Source of the DNA: Lama guanicoe
Lineage: Eukaryota
DNA: 64,000 bases
Direction: 5' to 3'
NCBI GenBank assembly: GCA_013239625.1
Contig: MU053758.1
Span: 434,001-498,000 of the forward strand
The position numbers and the translations under genes are program-made. The notes beneath the pieces were generated by a model. That model worked only from the letters and a program-made list of their open reading frames with translations, had not been told where the DNA came from and did no database searches. Shown here piece by piece: positions 24,001-34,774 of this stretch. Within the stretch, counting starts at the first letter, position 1. Each line of letters opens with the position of its first letter.

Positions 24001-27000
24001 AAGGGCTTAATGTCCAGAACAGGGAAAGAACTCTTACGACTCGTGACAACAACGAAACCAAATAAGGCGACTGACAAATGGGCAAAGGCTTAAATAGACA
24101 TTTCTCCAAAGTGAAATTAGCCAGTCACACAAAGGCAAATAGTACGTGATTTCACCTGCATGAGGCATTTAGAGTAGTCAAAGTCTCAGGAACAAAAAGC
24201 AGGATGGCAGTTGCCAGGGGCTGTGGGGAGGCAAAAAAAGGGATGTTTAATGGGTGCAGAGTTTCAGTTTTGCAGGTTAAAAAGATTCTAGAGATCTGCT
24301 GCACAACAGTGTGCAGATGGTTAACACTACTTTACCGTGCACTTAAAAATGGTCAGGATGGTAAATTTTATGTTATGTGATTTTTTAACATAATAATAAT
24401 AATTTAAAAAGAGTAGAGCGTATGCTTTGCAGAATCTGTCTGCCTCTGTTTAGATCCTGGGATCTCCTTTTATTATATATATGACTTCCATCTAGTCACT
24501 CTGATTGCCCTAAGCCCCAGTTTCCCCATCTGAGAAAACAATTTTCACAATGTTGGATTACTGTGAGGATTAAATGAAAGGATCCATGAAAATGCTTACT
24601 TAGAGGGGTGCTCAACACACAGGAGACTATAAGCATTAGCTATTATTTTGATATTACTGCTACTTACTAAGACTGCCCATGGTCTTTTCTCATTCATCTA
24701 AGAATTAAAGCAGTGCTTTAACTTAAGACTTAAAGCACTACAACTCAACTGTAAAGAGATTTTTTTTTTAAAAAATAAGGCAGCAACTGTCAATTTTTTT
24801 TTCCTTTTTTGGATTTCGTGTGCATAGGTTTGATTTCATCAGAATCATTGGTTCAGGTTACTGTATCATACTTGATTCATTCAAGGCTTTGCCTGTTTTA
24901 TTTCCTTGTCACTTTATCTCTATGGTCACCTCCCATTCTCTCATCCAGCACCTTTTGTTGGTATATTTCCTTGAAAAGAAGGGATTTTTTAAATGCATGC
25001 ATTTAAAATTTATTTACATATGATTGGATTATTCCCATTTGGTGTTTTTTCTTTACTGAGCCCTGCCTTTTTTTTTTTTTTAAAGATTAAGTTTACATGC
25101 ATTAAAATGCTCAAATCTTAACTGTACTGTTCTGACAAATAAATACACCTGTGTAACTCATATCCCTATCATGATATAAAACTTTCTGATATTTCCCTGA
25201 AATTCCCTCCTGCCCTTTCCCAGGCAATTGCCCTCCTGCTCCCTGCATCCCTTCCTGAGGCATCCACTATCCTGACTCTGACTTTTTTCACCTTAGTTTT
25301 GCCTAGTCTAGAATTTCCTGTAAATGCAATAATATAGTATATATTCTTTTGTGTCTGACTGCCTTAATTCAGTATTATATCTATGAAATTATTCATGTTG
25401 TTGGGTATATCAGTAGTTTGTTCTTATTTATTGCTGAATTGTGTTCCATTGTACAAATAGAGTGCAGTTTGTTTTTCATTCTCCTGTTGATGGACTTTTG
25501 GGTTGTCCCCAGTTTTTATTCTTTTATTTCTATTGTGAACATTGTGTACAAGACTTTTCATGGATATAGTTCTCATTTCTCTTGGATAGCTACCTAGGAG
25601 GACTGCAGGTCAAAGGGTAGATCTATGTATAACTTTATAAGCAACTCCAAAGTCTTTATTTAAAGTGAATGTATCATTTGTACATTTCAGTCAACAATCA
25701 ATGAGAGTTCCAATTGCCTCATGTTTGTCAACATTTGGTGTTACCTGTCTTTTAAATTTTAGCCACTTTAATGGCTATGTTATGATTTCTCACCGTGGTT
25801 TTAATTTGCATTTCCCTGATGATTAAGCATGCCAAGCACTTTGTCAGTTGCTTATTGGTCATTCATATATGTTTCCTTGTGGAGAGTCTGTTCAAGTTTT
25901 TGCCTCCCTCCCTTTAAAAAACAGGATTATTTGTGTCTTTACCATTACATTGTAGGAATTCTTTGTATTCTGGAAACTTGCCTATTTTTCTTAATAATGC
26001 CCTTTGATTAGTGAAAAATTGTCAATTTTGATGAAGTTTATCAATTTTTCTTTTATAGTCATTGCTTTCTATGTACTAAGAATTTTGTTAAAATTTATTA
26101 TTAAAAAAAATTTTTTAATGGAGGTACTGAGTTCAATCCCCAGTACCTCATGAATGTTAGGCAAAGATATTCTCCTAGGGTTTTTCTAAAAACTTCATAG
26201 CTTTAGCTTTATGTAGCAGTCCATGATCCATATCAAGTTGATTTTTGAGTACACTAAGTGATGGGCACCAGCGTTTTTTTCTCCCCATATGCACGTCTAG
26301 TTACGACACTATTTATTGAAAGACTTTCCTTTCTCATTGAATTGCTTAGGTGCTTTATACATTCGAGTAAGGCTTTTTTGTAATTGATTCTTTAGGATTT
26401 TCATCAAAGAATTATGTCATCTTCTAATAAGAACAGTTTTACTTCCTTCTTTCTAATCTTTATGCTTTTTGTTTCTTTTTCTTGCCTTATTGCCTGTCTA
26501 GGATTTCTAGTACTATGTTGAATAGAAGTGGGGAGAGTAGACATCCTTGCCCTGCTTCCAGTCTTAAAGGGGAAATAGTCATTCATTTATTATTAAGCAT
26601 GGCATTAACTGTAGCATTTTTGTAGATGTCCTTTATCAGGTTGAAAAGTTCACTTCTATTCCTGATTTACTGAGAGGTGTTTTATGTCATGAATTAATAT
26701 TGAATTTTGTCAAGTGCTTTTTGGGTATGAATTGATAGAATCATATATGTTTCTACTTTAGACTGTTAATATGATGGATTACATTGATTAATTTTTGAAC
26801 TTGAACCAGTCTTATATTCCTGGAATAAACCCCACATAGCCATGGTGAATTGTTCTTTTTATACATTGCTGAATTCAATTTGCTAATGTTTTATTGAGAA
26901 TTTTTATGCCTGTATTCATAAGAGATGTTGGTTTATAGTTTTTTCTTCTTTTACATTTTTCGGGGTCTGTCTTTAATATCAGGATAATGTTAACTCTATA

Positions 27001-30000
27001 AAAATAAATTGAGAAATATTTCCTCCTCTTCTGTTTTCTGGAAGAGATTGTGTAAGATTATCACTATTATTTAAATCTTCTGTTAGAGTTCTCCAGTGAA
27101 ATGATCTTGGCCTGGAGATTTCTTTTTTGAAATATTTTAAACTATAAACTCAATGTCTTTAATAATTACGTATTTTATTTTAGTGAGTTTTGGTGGTTTG
27201 TGGTTTTTGAGGTATTGGTCCATCTTATCTAAGTGGTTGGATTTATATGTGAAGAGTTGTTTATAGTAGTTCCCTATTATCCTTTTATTTTATTATTTTA
27301 TTTTTTTAACTTTTTTTTTATTGAGTTATAGTCATTTTGCAATGTTGTGCTTATTATCCTTTTAATATAGAGTTTATAGTGATACCCTCTCTTTCATTCC
27401 TGATATTGGTAATTTGTTTATTCTTTTTTCTTTGTAAGTTTTGCTAGGAGTTTATCAGTTTACTGATCTTTTCAAAGATCTGGGTTTTGGTTTCATGGGC
27501 TTTTTTTCTTTTCTTTTCTTTTTTATTTCATTGACTTCTGCCCTTATTAATACTTATCTTCTGTTTGCTTTGGATTATTGTGCTTTTCTTTTCCTGGTTG
27601 CTTAAGAGGAAGCTTAGATTGTTGATTAATACCTTCTTTCCTAATATAAACATTTAATGCTATAAATTTCTTCCTAGGAGCCACAAAATTTGTATACCAC
27701 AAATGTTGATATTATATTTTCATTTAGTCCAAAATATTTTCTAATTTCACTTGAGATTTCCTTTATGACCCATGACTTATTTAGAAATGCATTGTTTAAT
27801 GTTCAATTATTTGGAGATTTTCCTGTTACTGATTTCTGCTTTAATTCTATATGGTCAGAGAACATACTTTATACGATTTCAGTTCTTTTAAATATACTTA
27901 AGTTTATGTTATGATCCAGGATATGTTCTCTTTTGGAGAATGTTTTATGTGCACTTCAAAAGAATGTGTATTTTGTTGCTGTTGGGCAGAGGGTCAGTCA
28001 GATCTGTTTGGTTGATTTTGTTGCTCAGTTCTTCTATATTCTTGTTAATCTTCTGTGTACTAGCTTTATTAATTACTGAGAGATAAATGTTAAATCTCGA
28101 ACTATAATTGTGAATTTGTCTATTTCTCCTCTCATTTCTGGCAGCTTTTTCTTCGTATATTTTGAAAATGTGGCATTAGGTACATACACATTTAAGATTG
28201 TTACATCTTGGCAAAGTGACCCTTTTATCATTATGTGATGTCTCTCTATCTCTCTTACTCCAGTTTCTTTGTTCTGAGGTCTACCTTATCTGATATTCAT
28301 CGAGCCACTCCAGCTTTCTTTTGATTAGTGTTTGCCTCGTAGATCTTTTTCCATTGGTCCAGTTTCCATCGGATCCATCCCTTAGTCCAGTTCTTAAAGG
28401 TTTAGGTCAGCTGTTTAAGGACAGAGTTACAGATGGGCAGCTTATGCGAGAGCCCAGAAATTCATGATTTACTTTATTGAGTCATTTTCTCAAGTTCCTT
28501 CCTCTCCACAAGCTCCCTGGTACTTTCTGGTTCCCTGGCCCCCCTTTTTGAGAGTTCTCACCTGAAAGCTGGGACTTTAGTTACCCTGCTCTGCTGTGAC
28601 TTCCTGTGACTATACCTGCTTCCAGGGCCAAGTGGCAGGAGGTCACAGAGGGAAAAAATATATTAGGAGATGATTCTATCCTCTTGGGACGACAGCTCCT
28701 CCACTGAAAGAGGAAGTTTTAGGTCTTTCCAGGTCCTGCTGTTGATTCTGTTGCTACTACTGCTGCCGCCACCTAGGATCACAGACGTGGGGGCACAGAG
28801 AGTGGAGAAAAGAAAAGAAAAAAAGATCTTTGAGCCAAAACTATAGGGCTTCTCTTAGAGCTTTCTCTGTCTGCTCTCCAGTACCCACTCCTGAGTTTTG
28901 AGTTGGCTTGAGTTCAGGTCAGGGGATACTGGAAGAAGAACAATAAACTCACTGCTGACTTGCTGGTACTTTGAATTTTCATCTTCTTCAGTCTGCCTGC
29001 TACTGTTTACTTTTCAGAATTGTCAGAGAGCTTCTCTACGCATGCATTCTGTGCAGGTTTTATAGGAACAGTCAGTGGGAGAGACAGGTGGCAATATGTT
29101 TAATCCATCTTAGCTAGAACCAGAACCAAACTGTTCCTTCTGGCCGTTTTAAATTTTCTTATCTTTTTGATATATGCACAATTCGTGGTGATATCCCATG
29201 GGTGATAAAAGCAATTTGTGTTTCCTCTTTCTTTATCTTGATCTTACTATAGGCTTATCAATTTTACTTATGGAAGAACCAATTTTAGCCTTTGTTAATT
29301 TTCTCTGTGGTTTATTTTGCATTTCATGATGGCCCAGTGTTATCTTTATTACTTCTTTTTTTTTCTGTTAGCTTTTAATTTAATTCAATCACTTTTTTCT
29401 AGCTTCTTACAGTGGAAAGTTAGATTATTTATGTTAAGTCTTTCTTCCTTTCTAATATAAGTGTTTAGCACTATAAATTTCCCTGTAAACACTAGCTTTT
29501 CTGCCTACCACAAATTTTGATATGTTGGATTTTTATTATCACTCAGTTTGAAATATTTTCTAATTTCCTTGTGATTTCATTTTTGTTCCGTGGGTGATCT
29601 AGAAGTATGTTGTTTAATTTTTTAATATCTAGGGGTTTCCTTGATATCTTACTGTTATCAGTTTCTAATTTAATTCTTTTGTGGTTAGTACAAATACTTT
29701 GTAAAATGTCAGTGTTTTAAAATTTACCAAGACTTGTTTTATGGCCCGGTAAATAATTTATCTTAATGAATGTTCCATGTGCACTTGAACGTGTATCCTA
29801 CGGTTGCTGAATATCGTGTTCTATGTGTCACTTACATCACGCTGGTTGGTAGTGTCACTCAGATTTTCCATTTTCAGACTGATTTGGTCTATTTCTTATA
29901 CCAGTTGCTGAGAAATGGATGTTAAAATCTTAACCCTAATTGTGGATTTGTTTATTTCTACCTTTCGTTCTATCGGTTTTTGTTTCATGTATTTTAAAGC

Positions 30001-32890
30001 TCTTTTATTAGGTACACATTTATAATTTTGTCTTTTTGATGTAGTGACCCTTTTATCATCATGAAATGATAAAATCTTCTTTGTACCAGGTAATATTCCT
30101 TGCCCTAAAATCTGTGTTGTTTAATATTCATATAACTGCTCCAGCTGGTTATGATTACTGTTTGCATGGTATCACATCTTTTTTTAAAAAAATCCCTTTA
30201 ATTTCACCTCATTTTTCTCATTATATGTAAAAGATACCTCTTATACGCAGACATAGGTGGGTCTTGCATTCTTATCCAGCATGAGAACATCTGCCTTATA
30301 ATTGGACTGTTTATTCCATTTTCATTTAATATAATTATTAATGTGATTAAATTTAGGGCTGAAATTTTGTTTATTATCTATTCTTTTCTTCTATTTTTGC
30401 TTTTTTCCTGTGATTCTTCTTTTCTGCTTTCTTTTGGGTTAATTGAAAAGTGAATATTTGTAAGAAAAGTGAATACTGTCTTTTTAGTTATAACTTTTTG
30501 CCTTTTGGAGGGGGGTGTTCTATGGGTTGCAGTGTTCATCTTCAGTTTGTCAGAATCTACTTGGAGGTAATGTGCTTAATTTTAAACATAGGAAACTTAC
30601 CCGCTCTTTTATACTAACATACATTATTAGTATTTATTGTAGTGCACATCTGTGTGCTGGTGATGAATTTTATGTTTTTGTTTATCTGAAAATGTCTTTA
30701 TTTAGCCTTCAGTTAGAAGGAGATTTTTGTTGGACCTAGAATTCTGCATTATCATTTTTCTTGCAGTAGTTTAAAAATGTTTCATTATCTTCTGATCTTC
30801 TTTTTCTTCTTTAATGAGAAGTCAGCTGTATTTGTGTCATTGCCCCATGTATGGAATACATCGTTTTTCTCTGGCTGCTCTCTTTATCTCTGAATTTTAG
30901 CAATTTGAAATGCAGTATGATGTGTCTGGATGCAGTTTTATTTGTATTTATCCTATTTAGGATTCTTGAGCTTATTGGCTTTGTAAATTGATGTCTTCTA
31001 CAAATTTGAGGAGTTCCTGGCCATTGACTTCAAATATTTTTTCTGCCTTATTTTGTTCCTCTCTGTTTCACTTTCTGTTTCTATCACCACTCTAGGTACC
31101 TCATATAAATAGAATCACACAATATTTGTACTTTTGTGTCTGGTTTATTTCACTTAGTATAATGTTTTCAAAGTTAATTCATGTTGTAGCATGTATCAGA
31201 ATTTTCTTCTTTTTTAAGGCTGAATAATATACCATGTGTGTATATACCACATTTTGTTTATCCATTTCTTTGTTGGTGGATCGATGGGTTGTGTCCACCT
31301 TTTGACTATTGTGAATAATGTTGCTGGGAACATCAGTGTACATAGGTTTTTTTCTAAAGGGGCTATCTAATAACTTATTTAGTATGTACAGCTAGGAGCA
31401 GAATTGCTGGATCACAGGATATTTGTAGTCTTATTTTACCAAGTATTTCTAGATGGTTCACCAGAATGGCTGGACCAGCCTACCGTCTCATCAGTAGTGC
31501 GTGAGAGTCCCTGTATCTCCCACCAATGCTGACATCCAGCTTTCTAATTTTTGCCAGTCTAATAGCTATGAAATATTGCCTATTTCTCTGATTACCAGTC
31601 TCCAGTGTTTAAAAACTCTCTCATGTTTAAAAATCTCCAGAGGAAGCTCTGTGGACACCCCCCACCATCTTCTGCCCTACTGTTTAACCAATTGATGGTT
31701 AGGAAACTGTTCTAACTGAAATCTTTCTGGCTGCTCATGAACTCAGCTCTACATCTGTTTGTTTTAATCAAGAATGACATAGGAAAGGAGCACTTTGCTT
31801 TCCACAATCTCATTTTGGACTGTTTTTCTCTTCCAGCCTCTAACCTCAATAGAAACTTTCCCAGAATCCACCACCCAGGGCTCAGACTCTCCCAAGTCTC
31901 TGCTGAGTATGACCATGACCACCAGCTCTGAATGCAGTAGCCCAGAGATGGTTAGGGTGGCCTCCCTTAAATGCAAGCAGCATTGGATACCTCGGTACCT
32001 CATCCAGGAGAAAATAGCACAAATTTCTCTGCCTCAGAAATCCCAGAGCTTCTTGGGGAGTCTGAACCCCAGCTGGACTTTGCAGAAGAATGGCGTGAAG
32101 AAGCAGCTTCCCACGTCAGGGCTCTTCACCAAGGTTCAACCGAGGGAGGATCTCTCCATGTCCCCAGCTCACTACAACCCAGAGCTGGTGCTGAGTGACC
32201 AGTCACGTGAGTGCCAGCGTGTTCAGGGATGTGCCAAGAGCTTTGGGGATGGAGTTACCCAAGGAACCAGCCCTAATCTTGGGGAATGCCCAGTTTGAGA
32301 GGGGGTGCAGCCCTTGCCCTCAGGGAGACCCCAGTCTGATGGTGGAAACATAGTCCATATCCTTAGGGAGTCTCTAGTCTTACTGGTTAGACAAAAAATG
32401 AAAAAAAAATAGAATACTATCTAAATACTCTCTTCAACCTGTCCTAGTTCTCATTCAGATGAGCCCCATTCAGCCAGGCCTGTACAAGTTGAGGGTGTCC
32501 AGCACAATGGCTGAATCTGATTTCAGGCTCTTCAGCCAGTTTTAAGCCAGGGGACCCAGAGGAGGTGGCCTTCACCAGGAATTTGTGCTGAGTCCAGAAG
32601 CACAGATTGTTGATGCCGATGACTTTGCCTTTCCAGAATACCTCTCCCTGCCCCAGGAGTGCTACTTCCACAGCCGAAGCTCTGTCGAGAAGAGGCAGCT
32701 GCATGTGCCCTCCCTTCTCCTCCTGCAGAATCTTCAGGGCCATGATGTTTCCCAGAATGATCTGCTGGTGGTTGCAACTCCAGCCCGACTGGATCCGAGG
32801 CCTGGCAGAAGCCATGTAGGTGCTGTGAGAGACCCATGTATACACAGTCGCTGCCTGATCTCTGGCCAGAAAGGATGTGAGAGGAACTAG
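5921..32890 (+). CDS. TTLL6: Tubulin polyglutamylase TTLL6, 14 coding exons traced (2514 nt, 838 codons including the terminal stop), interrupted by an in-frame TGA at 7070-7072
   Basis: The spliced exons give TTL-domain motifs [83 protein letters not shown] and WLLEVNHSPSF. The C-terminus ...[12 protein letters not shown] matches TTLL6 as I recall it. All intron phases are compatible. Confidence 0.93.
6340..6432 (-). mobile_element. tRNA-derived SINE
   Basis: Reverse-strand ggggattgaacccaggacc...ccactgag...ccctcccc. Confidence 0.85.
7069..7109 (+). CDS. TTLL6: TTLL6 41-nt exon (approx. exon 3), contains in-frame TGA 7070-7072
   Basis: ttttccag|A TGA TTG GTG ATC AAT...GAG AGC G|gtgag; encodes [12 protein letters not shown]. 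Confidence 0.88.
8047..8165 (+). CDS. TTLL6: TTLL6 exon 4
   Basis: cag|...CAG|gtatct; encodes [12 protein letters not shown]...[18 protein letters not shown]. Confidence 0.93.
8280..8410 (+). CDS. TTLL6: TTLL6 exon 5
   Basis: ttgcag|...GA|gtgagt; encodes [14 protein letters not shown]...[10 protein letters not shown]. Confidence 0.93.
9023..9336 (+). mobile_element. 5'-truncated L1 3' end with extra 3' segment, flanked by a 13-bp TSD
   Basis: Artiodactyl-type L1 3' UTR (tagcacagggaactatattcaatatct...tgtaaattgactatac); TSD agaattgtactca at 9010-9022 and 9337-9349. Confidence 0.85.
10213..10369 (+). CDS. TTLL6: TTLL6 exon 6
   Basis: tag|...AAG|gtactg; encodes [30 protein letters not shown]...LYISK. 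Confidence 0.93.
10874..11007 (-). mobile_element. tRNA-derived SINE
   Basis: T-rich tail then ggggattgagcccaggacc...ttgagctataccctcccc. Confidence 0.88.
11307..11450 (+). CDS. TTLL6: TTLL6 exon 7
   Basis: tcccag|...CTG|gtgagc; encodes [35 protein letters not shown]...TDNL. Confidence 0.93.
12050..12135 (+). CDS. TTLL6: TTLL6 exon 8
   Basis: ccccag|...AG|gtaagg; encodes [19 protein letters not shown]...GSK. Confidence 0.93.
12418..12570 (-). mobile_element. tRNA-derived SINE
   Basis: (ttttA)n tail and gattgaacccagg...tatacccttcccc; flanking atactctt repeats. Confidence 0.85.
14530..14780 (+). mobile_element. MIR-like ancient SINE (similar fragments near 2130-2390, 11540-11750 and 12940-13190)
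   Basis: MIR-typical phrases: tcatttaatccttacaa, aagtaacttgcccgaggtcgcacaactag, cttaaccacta. Confidence 0.65.
16603..16745 (-). mobile_element. tRNA-derived SINE
   Basis: ggggattgaacccaggacctc...ttgagctacaccttcccct. Confidence 0.88.
17071..17296 (+). CDS. TTLL6: TTLL6 exon 9
   Basis: ttccag|...GAG|gtaggg; encodes KLSTFNAY...[21 protein letters not shown]. Confidence 0.93.
18558..18733 (+). CDS. TTLL6: TTLL6 exon 10
   Basis: tcacag|...AG|gtacag; encodes [19 protein letters not shown]...QQCRSRET. Confidence 0.93.
20043..20231 (+). CDS. TTLL6: TTLL6 exon 11
   Basis: aacag|...CG|gtagga; encodes MEEVKGFQ...[10 protein letters not shown]...SRAREVYA. Confidence 0.92.
20978..21155 (+). CDS. TTLL6: TTLL6 exon 12
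   Basis: gcag|...CAA|gtaaac; encodes [13 protein letters not shown]...[11 protein letters not shown]...FKQ. Confidence 0.9.
22153..22419 (+). CDS. TTLL6: TTLL6 exon 13
   Basis: cctag|...GTG|gtgagt; encodes YVQPLTLV...[17 protein letters not shown]. Confidence 0.9.
22585..23005. mobile_element. MLT1-like (ERVL-MaLR) solo LTR
   Basis: Diagnostic phrases ggtggcttaaaa...ttctttcacagttctggaggctag, ataaggacaccagtcattggattta and ctatttccaaataaggtcacattc. Confidence 0.75.
23060..23232 (-). mobile_element. 5'-truncated L1 3' end with TSD
   Basis: Antisense artiodactyl-type L1 tail (attgaagtatagtcaatttacaatgttg...agttccctgtgcta); TSD ggacacctttt at ~23042 and ~23235. Confidence 0.82.
23835..24410 (+). 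mobile_element. Old L1 fragment (ORF2 end plus 3' UTR)
   Basis: gacaagtgggactacatc, gagaaaatatttgcaaaccatatatctgataaggg, cacttaaaaatggt...aaattttatgttatg. Confidence 0.8.
25070..31600 (-). mobile_element. Cluster of degenerate antisense L1 fragments filling TTLL6 intron 13
   Basis: T-rich sequence with L1-antisense phrases (gttttaatttgcatttccctgat, tatgttgaatagaagtgg, gaataaaccccac). The minus-strand ORF 26404-26586 resembles L1 RT ([29 protein letters not shown]). Confidence 0.8.
31837..32206 (+). CDS. TTLL6: TTLL6 exon 14 (penultimate coding exon)
   Basis: ttccag|...TCAC|gtgagt; encodes [14 protein letters not shown]...[14 protein letters not shown]. Confidence 0.9.
32637..32890 (+). CDS. 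TTLL6: TTLL6 exon 15 (last coding exon; stop TAG 32888-32890)
   Basis: ttccag| acceptor; encodes YLSLPQEC...[15 protein letters not shown]...[12 protein letters not shown]; followed directly by gtacgc. Confidence 0.9.
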
Positions 32891-33671
32891 GTACGCCCAC
32901 CTGTAGTCCCTTAATGTGTCTGGCGCATTGTCAGACACTATATATTTCTATTTCTGGAATGTTGGGTCGGTAGGCAGACAGATGGATTGATAAAGATGTA
33001 CAGGTAAGTAGACGGTTCAGACTAACCTCCATCGAAATGTGACCCCCTTGCAATGACTTGCTATGACTGATCCAAGCACACTTTGCCTCGTCTTCCAAGA
33101 TGGTGCTAAAATCAAGACCGTCACTAGCGCCAGTCCCAGAAGTAGGACCGTATCAACCAGGAGGGGCTGATTTCCACACCTTTTGTGCTGTGCCAGCCTG
33201 GCCCAGGTCCAGGTCACTTGGGCCCAAAGCTGGCCCTGGAGCAGAGTGTACTGACGGGACAGGGCAACAGGACAGCTGAGCCCGAGGAGATCTGGAAACA
33301 AAGGCCCTTAGGCTTTGACTCCAGTGTGTCAAAGGACCAAAGAGATAGCAAACTTTAGTGCCCCCAAAGGAAGGTGGTGCTTACAAATTTAGGAGAACTC
33401 TACGGTAAAGTGGAGGCATCTGTGCTGCTCGGCTGCGGATAGAAGAAGGCGTTATATTTTAATCGTCTCCCTCACTCCCACCACCGAAAGTGGACCGTGA
33501 CCAGAGTGACCCGTAGCTCCCACTGCAGAAGGGCTGGCAAGTGAACATTAGCCCACAGGCATCACTGTGGGTGCTCATAAAAATGCATATTCCAAGGCCT
33601 GCTCCCAGAAATCCTGATTTCATAGGTCCTACTGGGGGCCCAGGAATCTGCATTTTAAGAATCTCCTCTGG

Positions 33672-33811
33672 AGGGGAGGGTATAGCTCAAGTGGTAGGGC
33701 GCATGCTTAGCACGCAGGAGGTCCTGGATTCAATCCCCAGTACATCTTCTAAAAATAAATAAATAAAACTAATTACCACCACCATCCCCCACAATAAAAT
33801 AAAATAAAATA
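33672..33811 (+). mobile_element. tRNA-derived SINE inserted into a MER5-like DNA transposon remnant
   Basis: GGGGAGGGTATAGCTCAAGTGG head, (taaaa)n tail and ctcctct flanks; host element phrase gggcccaggaatctgcattttaa. Confidence 0.85.
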
Positions 33812-34389
33812 AGCTCCTCTAGGTGATCCTGATGGTCCTCTCACCACCGTCAGAGAAAAAGTGGGCCTGGTGTTTCCCAAACGTCCCTGATGGTACGAAT
33901 CATATGGGGGCCCTTGTTAAGCTTAGGGCTTTCCAGGCCACACCTCTGGAAATCCCAACACAAGGGATTTGGGAGGGGCCGTTGGGAATTTGCCTTTGGA
34001 CGAAGTATCGCAAAGACTGTCCAACCTTAGACCCAGGCCTGGGCAGAGGAACCTGTGCCGGCCAGCCTGATGCGTGGGCCTGTTAGAGGAGCAAAGCTCC
34101 CCAGTCCTCATGGGGCTCAAACTCACCCCCCACTGTCTGTGGTTCATAATTGTCCAGAATTTTAAGTTTTTTATGCTCCTACTTTTAGAAAGGGGGGTGA
34201 TGTAGTAGATTACGATAGAAACTTTTGTTCAGCATGACTATTAAATGAAGTTACAATGATCAGAAGTCACACAGAGAAAGGGAGGAGATAACGATATTCA
34301 AAGGGTGTGATGGTTCCCACATGGATTGTTGAATCTGGTTCTGGACTTCTTAGCAGAAAAGGCCAAACATAAAATTCTGTTTTGGACTT

Positions 34390-34774
34390 TTATTTGTCTC
34401 CCCAGTCACACTAGAGACTCTCTAAGGACATGGACTATGTCTCCACCATCAGACTGGGGTCTCCCTGAGGGCAAGGGCTGCACCCCCTCTCAGACTGGGG
34501 ACTCCCCAAGATTAGGGCTGGTTCCTTGGGTAACTCCATTCCCAAAGCTCTTGGCACATCCCTGAACACGCTGGCACTCACGTGACTGGTCACTCAGCAC
34601 CAGCTTTGGCTTGTAGTGAGCTGGGGACATGGTTGAACCTTGGTGAAGAGCCCTGACGTGGGAAGCTGCTTCTTCATGCCATTTTTTAGCAAAGTCCAGC
34701 TTGGGGTTCAGACTCCCCAAGAAGCTCTGGGATTTTGGGGGCAGAGAAATTTTTGCTATTTTCTCCTAAATGAG
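34390..34774 (-). repeat. Inverted duplicate of ~31998-32395 (3' half of TTLL6 exon 14, its donor and the start of intron 14)
   Basis: The reverse complement aligns directly. The ~100-nt core around the donor has one mismatch, and the copy has a 16-nt deletion. The ORF track shows the same peptide ([28 protein letters not shown]) on both strands. Confidence 0.95.

Noticed and set aside
34490..34720. Minus-strand ORF resembling TTLL6 exon 14 as a second gene
   Set aside because: It is the inverted duplicate, frameshifted by a 16-nt deletion and lacking the exon's acceptor.
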